A stretch of 64,000 nucleotides of DNA. Origin: Cyanidioschyzon merolae (taxonomy: Eukaryota). Made by a program: the position numbers and the translations under genes. The stretch lies in assembly GCA_000091205.1 (NCBI GenBank), contig AP006483.2; one strand, written 5' to 3'. The notes beneath the pieces are model-generated. The model was given only the letters and a program-made list of their open reading frames with translations, had not been told where the DNA came from and ran no database searches. This document shows, one piece after another, positions 55,833 through 64,000 of the stretch (position 1 is the stretch's first letter; every line of letters starts with the position of its first letter).

Positions 55833-56288
55833 CCAAAATGCCTATCCAATCAAGGTAAAGATAATAAAGAGCACGCACACCTAGCACGCCTTCGCGTGTG
55901 AACAAGCGTCTCCCGTCAGCGCAGTCCCGGGCTCGTGCAGAAGCAGCAACACCGGTCTTCCCGATAGCGCCAGCGACGCTTCAGATAGCTTGCGGGGTAA
56001 GCCCCCAAGGACGAGTAACACCAGTTGGGCTCGCCGTGTACCAACTGCGTGCGTCGGCGCTGATCCCTGCCAGTATGTCCGCGAGCGTTCTCAACGTTCT
56101 CCCACCCTGTTCCCACAAAGTTCATGTCACTCTACAACGTTTCCAGCGCGTACGTTTCACGCCAGTTGCAGCTGCAACAGCGTCGTTATCGGCGGTTTCG
56201 TCCCTGCAGCCGACGTGTCTCTGCTGGACGAAAGTGCTTACGCAGACCGCGTGAGCACCAAACAGGCATCCGTCGCGACGTTCGCGCT

Positions 56289-56480
56289 TGCGTGCGTGCG
56301 TGCGCAGCGGCGATGCGGCTGCTGCCGGCGTGCTGGTGATGCTGCCGGCGTGCGTGCATGTACGAATACGTGCGTGCGTGCGTGCGTGCATGTACGAATA
56401 CGTGCGTGCGCGCGTGCGTGCGTGCGTCACTGCCTCGATGTGATCGATGCAGGTGTCAGCGGCGAGCGAGCGAGCGAGCG
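56289..56480. repeat. cluster of tetranucleotide repeats: (GCGT)n, imperfect 'acgaatacgtgcgtgcgtgcgtgcatgt' direct repeat, and (GCGA)5
   Basis: Read directly: 'gcgtgcgtgcgtgcg' at 56289-56304, 'gtgcgtgcatgtacgaatacgtgcgtgcgtgcgtgcgtgcatgtacgaatacgtgcgtgcgcgcgtgcgtgcgtgcgtc' at 56350-56428, and 'gcgagcgagcgagcgagcg' at 56461-56480. The cluster lies 450-650 bp upstream of the ODC start on the other strand. Confidence 0.8.
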
Positions 56481-58236
56481 TTCGCGCGCGCTCCCACAGC
56501 CGCAATCGATGCGATCCTCGGTGCTGGGTGTCGATGCACGTACGCATCCATGCATCTATGTACGTCAGTACTGTAGAAGCTAGTCGCTCGCATCTATGGG
56601 TATGCTTCATCATTGCATACACCAAGGAAGACAGTCAGCAACTGGCGACCCGAGTGCTCAGCGCTGCCCGCATCGAGCGCCAGTAGCGCTCTGTGCATGC
56701 AGCAGGTAGCCTACGCAGCGTCGAGCAACTCGAGCGGCATGGGCGATATCTCGAATCCATACGGCCGTCTGGGCTGGAGCAAATGGGAACAGATCGGAGC
56801 ACCGTGGTGGACACATCGGCACTGATGCCCGATAGAAGCGGGGCATCATACAGAGGAGGCAGCCGCCGACACCGGTCCGCTTGTGGATCGGCTTCCACGA
56901 AAGCATGCTGCTTGCCGGAAACGGTGTCCGAATACCGCGCAACAGCGAATTGGACTGGTGCTGGTGGGCAATTTTTACGTTCTCTTCGAGTTGCCTGGTG
57001 TCTGCTGGCTCTGAAATGCATCTGGAGCCGTCGAATGCATCGAAAGGCGTTGACGGAACGATTGAGGGCGTTCTCGTATGCACTGGAACGGTGGATGTCT
57101 CAACGTCGCACCCGAACTGCATTGAGCTGGGTATCTGTCGCCAGGCTGTAGCCTTCGCGCTGTCGCCGTATGTCATAGGCCAATAGTCGGTCTGGGAGGT
57201 CCTTGCATGAGTGCCAGGCCCGTGCATTCGCGTAACCCTGCTGCTGGAAGCGTAGCGCCAACATTCGTGTCGCGGCTTCCGCCTGAAGCACATCAACTAC
57301 TTCATGGATATCCTGCAGAAGAGATGCAGGCTCAGCCATACGTATGAAGCTGGCTGCAAAAGTGATGCGTCTCTGCGATGCAAGGCAGGCAACTGAAGAT
57401 CACAGGTGGTTGTTTCGGGGCCCAGCACGAGACACGTTCCCGTGAGAAGGCCATTTCCTGGCTCGCCAGTATACCCTGTATCATCTCGTTTTTTATTTTT
57501 ATGAGGAATCGACCTCAGCACTGGACCAGTTTTCACAGACTGAGCGCGCGTGCACCGGAATCGAGAGCATATCCGTATGGAAGGCTTTCACTGTGACGGA
57601 CTGTTCTGAAATGCTCCTTGCCAGCCAGCCAACCAGCCATCAAGCACCAGCGTCTTGGATGGACTCGAACAAGAGACTGCAGCCTGTTACGCTTGACCGG
57701 AATGCCACGAAAGCCGTCGACGAAACGCTGCTCACCGTCTGCGCACGACTGCATCGGGCAAGCGTCTGTGAACCCGGGTGCATCATGCGGCCCTCTGTGC
57801 AACGCCTGCCCGCTAGATCTCATACGCAGAGCATCTTCGCAGAGTCTCATTCTTAGTGTCTATCGTTCACAGGCATGATCATTACGTGCCCGCAAACTCT
57901 GTGTAATGTCGCAAGCGCCTATTCCATTCGCTGACGTCTTTAGTTCGTCATGCATTTCACTCGAGACGCAAAGGCATATCACAGAACGCATCCAGCTTCT
58001 CAGACGCGGCCGTGACCTCTGGAACATACAAAACAACATCGTGTATTCCGGTATGCGCGCTCCTTGACGCTGCGCCAAGCAAAGCCCTTCCCAGTCGTCT
58101 GCAGCCGCCGTCTCGAAGCGTCGATGACCATCGACAGCCGCTCAACACCCAGATCGGCATGAAAGGGGACGACTTCTCTACCTCGGGTGTGCACACTGAA
58201 GTTTGAGCCACCTCTAACTATGGTGAGCACCAGCAT

Positions 58237-58848
58237 TTGCTGGCTTTTTCTGTAACAGCGTTCTTTTCTTCTCACCTCTCTATGGATTTACATACGCCTG
58301 TCTATGAAACACCTCGAGCTCTGTTATTACACTCGAACGATGTTCATGGCGGCAATAAACTCCCAATTTCGTTGCTTATGGCCGCTATCAATGCATTTCG
58401 TACACGGGCAGAGGATACGTTCCGTCCTTCGCTCGACGTTTCCATCTTCGTTCTAAACAGTCACAACGAGCTCTGCGCAGCGACGACGCTTGCCAGTGCT
58501 CAGGTGTGCCCAGAGGTCCGCCACATCACAGGCAAGTTCCAGGGGTGCCCCGTGGCATGCGAACGCCTGCTTCATCGCGTCGTACCCGCTCTTAAGGCGC
58601 ACACAAGGCCTCCGTCGACGTCCTCTTCTGCTCTCGTGCGCATTGCCGTGCTGTACGCTCACGGGCTTCTTCGAAGCGATGCTCTCGGCGAGTATTCCGT
58701 CCGCTGTACACGCAAGCGAACGCTGTTCCATTCCATATTGGATTTGTGGACTACGATGTTGTCCATGATAAAACGAGAACCAGAAGGACTATCCAGACTA
58801 GGGAACACGTCCATAAAATTTCGTTCCATCTACGTGTCCTTCATGTAA
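58237..58848 (+). CDS. hypothetical protein (203 aa)
   Basis: Isolated ORF in a lower-GC island (MLAFSVTAFFSSHLSMDLHTPVYETPRALLLHSNDVHGGNKLPISLLMAAINAFRTRAEDTF...). No recognisable motif. Listed because no stronger competing ORF overlaps it. Confidence 0.2.
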   Translation: MLAFSVTAFFSSHLSMDLHTPVYETPRALLLHSNDVHGGNKLPISLLMAAINAFRTRAEDTFRPSLDVSIFVLNSHNELCAATTLASAQVCPEVRHITGKFQGCPVACERLLHRVVPALKAHTRPPSTSSSALVRIAVLYAHGLLRSDALGEYSVRCTRKRTLFHSILDLWTTMLSMIKREPEGLSRLGNTSIKFRSIYVSFM

Positions 58849-60242
58849 CGCTGTGACGCAGTCTCAACGGGAAATGATCGCAGTGATGACGCAGATCCGA
58901 GTCCAAGACCCGTCTCCATTCAGACAGCCAGGAACAATGTCATGTTTTTATGCTCCTCAATCGATCGGTGCGAATTTCGGCATCCTCGCATTGCCTTGAA
59001 CCAGAGCGATCGAAAACTGGAAAGAAGCCCGCTTTTATCATGCCACTTGAAAGCAAAAGAGAAGCGTACAGGCATGCATCTCGGCATTGAACAATGATTC
59101 CTGTCATTTCACGAATCCTCGTTCGACACCATGTCGAATCATCTGGATCCCGAGGACGCACCGAATTCCAGCAGCTCAGCCTCAATGGAACAACTTTTGA
59201 AAACCCGACCGAGTATTCAGAAACGATCTATGAATCCGTGAGCCCTCATTGCTGCATTCGCAAGTCGAGGATGTTCATCCAAAAAGTACATCCGAACAGT
59301 ATCGAAAGCCAGCAACAGAGTGCCAAGTTTCGTGTTCCATTCTCACCCGCTACAGATAAAGAGCATATTCGCTTCTATCCAGTCATGGATCATACCATAT
59401 TTCCGCTGGATGAACCTATCGCTCGTATCTCCGTTGGCAAGACGCGAATCCAGACACAAACACCCACCCACTCGCAAGAGCACACACGCGGGCCTCAGGT
59501 TGAACGCCGCCACCGGGCCGCAGCGCTCGCAAGCCATAGACCACGTCGGACAATCCCAGCGTTTCGAAAGCCTGGTCGTCGTCGTCGTCTTGAGAGCGCC
59601 TTTTGGTCTATGTGTGTTGAAGAGAGTTCCTTTTGACCACTACAGCGCCTCAGTATGCCTGTATACCGACCGCTCTTTCGCTGCGCGTTGAGTGTGTTCC
59701 TCTGCCGCAACTCGTACCGAACACTGGGGCGTGCTGTAGGATTCTGGCGAGCCAACGGAACATCGTGGCTTCTGCGAGGTTCCCGTCTGGGTATCGCACT
59801 CTTGAGCAGTTGGCTTCTTCTTTTATTTATTGGTGAGTTCCTAGCGTCACTCGTGGAGTTGTCTGTGGACGTTCTTACCCGTATTGGTGTTGATGCTAGG
59901 CGCAGCACGGAGAGCGAAGCCCCGCCACGTCCTTCGCAGCACGCTCTGGGGGCCGCTTTCCTGGCTCGTGCCGCTCGAATCGTTCGACTGACCGCTCCCT
60001 TCGGCTTGGTTCAAAAGTTCAGACTCGCCTTTGGAACGAGACTGGTGTTGTGTTGGGGCACCAAGCCCTCACACCCGTGGGCTGAGCAAGGCAAGCGAGA
60101 GCTTCGTCCTGCCGCAGTAGACCCGGGCGCGCTGCTGGGGCAAGGCGTTGCTCGTCCGAGGGCCTCGAATACACCTTTGGACTGGGTACCGCACCTGCAA
60201 TGTTGCCATGATTTGCTACCCGAACCGGAACGACGATGCCCG

Positions 60243-63200
60243 ATGAAACGGTGTTTCGGCATCGGCGTCTATGTACCTGCTCTGGAGTTGGTCTATGGCG
60301 CTTCCGCTGCCGAGACAAGTGCTACGAGCAACGCAAGCGAGTCGAGCGCTGACCCGGTCGTTGTGACCATTCGCGTTGAACAGCTCTATGTTCCAGTCAG
60401 CGCGCTCGTTATTCTCCTCGGTCGCTATCTGTACGGGCGTCTTCAGCGGCACCACAGAGGCGCGTCTTCGTTCGGGCGCCGCGAAACGCACCCTAGTTCC
60501 TTTTGTAGAGTGTGGAAACAGCGGCTGGAGCATGCACTGGTCAAGATGCTGTATGGGATCCTATCTGGCATCCGAGCAGCCCAGGTGGCAACGGTGCTGG
60601 TTTCCGCGAGCAGTCCGGACCAGGGGGTCTTCACACTGCAGCGCTTAGAATGCGAACTTGATCGTAACACCCCAGCTGTGCAGTTTCATGGCCGTTATGG
60701 GCTCTATGCCAAACCCAAGCGATCCGGTGCTGAAGATCATCAAGAAAGCTTTGCCCGAGCATTCTTGCGAGCGCTCCGTGGTACCCAGTCTGAGCAGCAG
60801 TATGCCGGTATCGGAGTTTTTGGCTGCGTTCACCTCTGCCGTAGCCTCGAGGAGCGCAACACGCGCTGTCATCAGAACGCCGCCATCATTGCCTGGTACG
60901 AGACACCCGGGCAGTTGGGTTGTGGAGCCGCGCTGCTCGGCTCAACCCACGGTGTCTACCGATCACGTCCACCGGGTCGAGATGCAGACAAGGAAAGCAT
61001 CGACTCGCCGCCGCACAGCAGTGTTGCGATAGCCACACCGCCGACCTCGGCGCGAAGGAATGCCGACCTTCAGTTCGAAATGGCAGGGATCGGCCTGGAA
61101 CTGAGCTTCGAGCTCCTCGTTGAACTGGCACAACGCTACACCCAGCAGTGGTTACGCAGACAAGCACGAAAAACAGAACAGAATCGGGTCGGAAGGTCGC
61201 GTTCGGATTCTGGTGCGAAACTGTTGCAGAAACTCTCGCACTTGGCGATCTCGCTGCATTTGCGCAACGTCAAACTTGACTTTATTAGCAAGCGTGATGA
61301 GGTGCGTCTCGAAGCATCCGAGCTGGAACTTTTTCTGGATCAAAGCAAGGCAGGTGCATCCGCCGTAGGGGCATTCATGGTCCCCGAGGCTCGTCCGTTT
61401 GCCAAGTCCCTGCACATCCGCCTGGATCAGGCCGCTGTACAGCTGTTTCACAGGCTAGTGACACCTTCGATAACAACGAAGGATGACGGTGCCTTGAACG
61501 CCACGCTAACGACAGTGCTGCGCTGCGGGATGATATTCGGATCCCTGGAGGAGGCTGTGCTCGAGCGTGTCGAGCTGCAGGTCGCACAACACCCTCTGTT
61601 GGTGATTGCTCAGCTGGCAGTGGTGCAGACTTTGCGACAGGTGCAGGTACAGCGTCCTCGCTTGGACTGGTGCCCCGACGCCCAAGATGGACTCGAAGCG
61701 ATCTGGCATCGTTGGCGAACCTTATTACCGCAGTTGGATGAGCACTTGCAGCGGAAATCTCAGAAGCGCAGCGAACTGGCGCCCACACGAATTCCAGAGG
61801 ATTCCATCTCGTTGTGGCAACTCAGCGTTGTGGGCGAGGCCAGCGCCTGGGGTCGCTTTCCTCACGGCAATAACTCGGGTATGGTATTCGATGCCTTGCA
61901 GATGCCGCTGCAGCGGCAGCCGTGGCGCATACGTGTCGAACGCCTATCCTGGTTTGTGGATGACCGCTGTATGGGGCATGCAGCCCAGACGTCTTTCTGT
62001 GTGCACTGGGGCAAGGAGAAGCGTCTAATTGAGGCCCACACTGCATTGCTTCGCTTCCAGATGCCCTATGGATTTCGTTTCCTACAGCAATACAACCTGT
62101 TTTTGGCGCATTTGCGGCTCTACTTTCGATATCGCAAGACGTTTGGCCGCCATACCGGCACACGCTCCGCCCGAGCTGCTCCAGGCACGGCGACTTGGTC
62201 GGGTACGCGGAAGTCTATTTTTCCCGACGTGGACATTCGAGCCGATGAGGCGGAGTTCGTGCTCCGCGATCACGAACTGGAGCACTGGTTCAACGAACGC
62301 TTCCTGGTGATGGTGGACGAGGCGCAGGAGCGGGTTCTTCGAGAGCGGCTCGCACACTCCATGTTGGAGGCGAATCGACCCAGGCAGCAGGAGATATTGG
62401 CGGATGAACTGGAGCACCAGCACGCAACCCTCTATGTCAGAAGAATGCAGCAATGGCAGCAGCAGAGACTTGAACTCGAGCGGGCCGCAGCACTGCACCA
62501 GCAAGTGGTCGCTCCTTGGATGCCGGACGCTGCTTTCCAACAGTTGTTTGTGGCTAGAGCGATGAACGTACGTTTCCGTCTGATCCGCTCGCGACTGAGT
62601 CGCGCTGAAGAGAACCGCGAAGCAGCAGCGTTCGCGGCGCGTATGGACGCCACATTCGGTGAAGGTGCAGTTTCCAGCCAGGCGAATACCGAGACCGCTT
62701 GGAGCTCGCGTTCCAAGCAAGCCTCGGAAACTGCACCATCTGATGAACCGGCGAAACCGGAAGCAGGCAAAGGATGCACCCGCATTGCCGGAGAAGCTGA
62801 ACTGGTGCACCGCAGCGCAGCTGCCTCGTCGTCTGGGGCACCCACGATGTCCACATATAGCACTGCTTCTGCTGCTGTTGCTCCTGGAGCAGTGCAACCG
62901 CCACCGTCACCGCCACCACCTTCAACACAACGAGAACATCTCTTGGACCCGAACCAGTGGTACACGCTCGGTCGCCGACGCCTCGTCATTGATATCGATG
63001 GTGAACTGGTCGTCCATTTGCGTCATTTCCCCTTTCCGGTGGTGCAGTTGGAGAAGGGACTCCGCCTCCGGGGAACCGTTGCGCTCGGTGAACTGCACGT
63101 TTGCGAGCCGTTCGCTGCTGAGCGAGACCTTCAGCTCAGTCAAAGCTGCTGGGTGCGCTACCGGCGAGCCATCTCCCCGAATCGCTGGTACTGCGACTGG

Positions 63201-64000
63201 GACCTCATGAGCGGTGGACGCTTTCGGCTGAACTGGTCCCGTGCGCTGATTTCTACCCTCAAGGATATGATGGATGGCTTTCAGGGCTTTGCGGGTGCAG
63301 GCAAAGACCCGAGTCCGCTGCTCAACTGGTGGAATCAACTGAGACTGTTGATTCACGGCCGTTGGCGACTGCACTGCCCCGAGGGCTTTCAGATTGTCCT
63401 GTTGAGCAGCGCGCCTTACAACCCTGAGTATGACGAGCGGATCGAGTGCTGCCTAACGGGACCTCGTACGGGGTTATGTATCGATCGCCGACTGGGAACA
63501 GTGGAACTTGAAGCGGACGCCTGGAAGTTGCTGTTCCATGTAGCGACATCGAGCAACCAAGGAGCACCGCTCCACGCCCCGAGTCGACTGTGCGGTGCTG
63601 AACCCATTCACTTGCTTTTCCGGGTCGATGCGGAGCCCGCGCTTGGTGTTCCCGTCTCTGCGTACCCACATCCACTGGGGTATCCTCGAGGTGTCCAGGG
63701 GCCGGGAGAACGCCTGCCTCCCGCTGTCCCGTCGACGTTGGTACCGCTGACTGCTGCCTACCAGGGGAGTTGCGCTCGACTCGCAGCGCGAGAAAACGTT
63801 ACGTTGGGCACTTTGCCTGCGAGCGATGCCTCCAGTGACGCAGCAGGCGCTAGGTGTTTCACGGATTCAAAGCAGCTGATAATGGAGCCGGATGCGGAAA
63901 CGGTTACCCCGTCGCATACTCGGGAATCCGCCGGTGTTCACGCAGATAGCACGCTCGCGGATACCGATACGAAAACAAGCGAACATGCCTCTTCTACGGC
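60243..64000 (+). CDS. 5' part of a very large protein of unknown function (>1250 aa, continues beyond the window end)
   Basis: The frame with codons starting at positions divisible by 3 has a TAG at 59841..59843 and no further stop through 64000 (>1385 codons, traced codon by codon). The first ATG in the frame is 60243 (MKRCFGIGVYVPALELVYGA...). It is absent from the supplied ORF table only because it has no stop inside the window. Composition is amphipathic and repetitive, with segments such as 'LHLRNVKLDFISKRDEVRLEASELELFLDQS' and 'NWWNQLRLLIHGRWRLHCPEGFQIVLLSSAPYNPEYDER'. Function is not assignable by eye. Confidence 0.75.
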   Translation, partial: MKRCFGIGVYVPALELVYGASAAETSATSNASESSADPVVVTIRVEQLYVPVSALVILLGRYLYGRLQRHHRGASSFGRRETHPSSFCRVWKQRLEHALVKMLYGILSGIRAAQVATVLVSASSPDQGVFTLQRLECELDRNTPAVQFHGRYGLYAKPKRSGAEDHQESFARAFLRALRGTQSEQQYAGIGVFGCVHLCRSLEERNTRCHQNAAIIAWYETPGQLGCGAALLGSTHGVYRSRPPGRDADKESIDSPPHSSVAIATPPTSARRNADLQFEMAGIGLELSFELLVELAQRYTQQWLRRQARKTEQNRVGRSRSDSGAKLLQKLSHLAISLHLRNVKLDFISKRDEVRLEASELELFLDQSKAGASAVGAFMVPEARPFAKSLHIRLDQAAVQLFHRLVTPSITTKDDGALNATLTTVLRCGMIFGSLEEAVLERVELQVAQHPLLVIAQLAVVQTLRQVQVQRPRLDWCPDAQDGLEAIWHRWRTLLPQLDEHLQRKSQKRSELAPTRIPEDSISLWQLSVVGEASAWGRFPHGNNSGMVFDALQMPLQRQPWRIRVERLSWFVDDRCMGHAAQTSFCVHWGKEKRLIEAHTALLRFQMPYGFRFLQQYNLFLAHLRLYFRYRKTFGRHTGTRSARAAPGTATWSGTRKSIFPDVDIRADEAEFVLRDHELEHWFNERFLVMVDEAQERVLRERLAHSMLEANRPRQQEILADELEHQHATLYVRRMQQWQQQRLELERAAALHQQVVAPWMPDAAFQQLFVARAMNVRFRLIRSRLSRAEENREAAAFAARMDATFGEGAVSSQANTETAWSSRSKQASETAPSDEPAKPEAGKGCTRIAGEAELVHRSAAASSSGAPTMSTYSTASAAVAPGAVQPPPSPPPPSTQREHLLDPNQWYTLGRRRLVIDIDGELVVHLRHFPFPVVQLEKGLRLRGTVALGELHVCEPFAAERDLQLSQSCWVRYRRAISPNRWYCDWDLMSGGRFRLNWSRALISTLKDMMDGFQGFAGAGKDPSPLLNWWNQLRLLIHGRWRLHCPEGFQIVLLSSAPYNPEYDERIECCLTGPRTGLCIDRRLGTVELEADAWKLLFHVATSSNQGAPLHAPSRLCGAEPIHLLFRVDAEPALGVPVSAYPHPLGYPRGVQGPGERLPPAVPSTLVPLTAAYQGSCARLAARENVTLGTLPASDASSDAAGARCFTDSKQLIMEPDAETVTPSHTRESAGVHADSTLADTDTKTSEHASST

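Noticed and set aside
62082-62989. Cluster of minus- and plus-strand Met-ORFs (62082..62897-, 62432..62989-, 62659..63210+ and others) in the last 4 kb
   Set aside because: All lie inside the single >4-kb stop-free plus-strand frame described in the findings. They are alternative-frame or antisense artefacts of that gene.

Overview
This window is GC-rich (about 55-60%) nuclear DNA from an intron-poor eukaryote. The housekeeping genes read as single uninterrupted ORFs, roughly one recognisable gene per 4 kb, on both strands.

Genes recognised from conserved motifs:
- ATP-dependent NAD(P)HX dehydratase
- NASP-type histone chaperone
- mRNA capping guanylyltransferase
- tubulin-folding cofactor B
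- a histidine phosphatase
- a U1-type zinc-finger protein
- citrate synthase ending in a PTS1-like -SRL
- UDP-glucose 4-epimerase
- acetoacetyl-CoA thiolase (ERG10/ACAT type)
- cryptochrome DASH
- an SPT3 (SAGA) orthologue with a large insertion
- a TPR protein
- monofunctional EPSP synthase with an N-terminal presequence
- a LIN54/TSO1-type CXC protein
- ornithine decarboxylase with a long polyQ-containing N-terminal extension

The supplied ORF track misses one gene. A stop-free frame runs from 59844 (first ATG 60243) off the 3' end of the window, more than 1250 codons. The track only lists ORFs that close inside the window.

Repeats and composition:
- three unrelated intergenic minisatellites (79-bp x4, 89-bp x3.3, 136-bp x5)
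- several Z-DNA-prone (GCGT)n/(ACGC)n tracts in 5' flanks
- a (CAGGAA)7 hexamer repeat
- an ~85-bp tandem duplication spanning the citrate synthase stop codon
- lower-GC, ORF-poor islands alternating with the GC-rich gene blocks; these may hide spliced genes or ncRNAs

No rRNA, tRNA, CRISPR array or recognisable transposon was found by eye. The standalone plastid-type EPSPS and the cryptochrome DASH suggest a plastid-bearing alga or protist, and the intronless, dense layout resembles a cyanidialean red alga. That is inference only. All functional calls rest on motif recognition without database searches.
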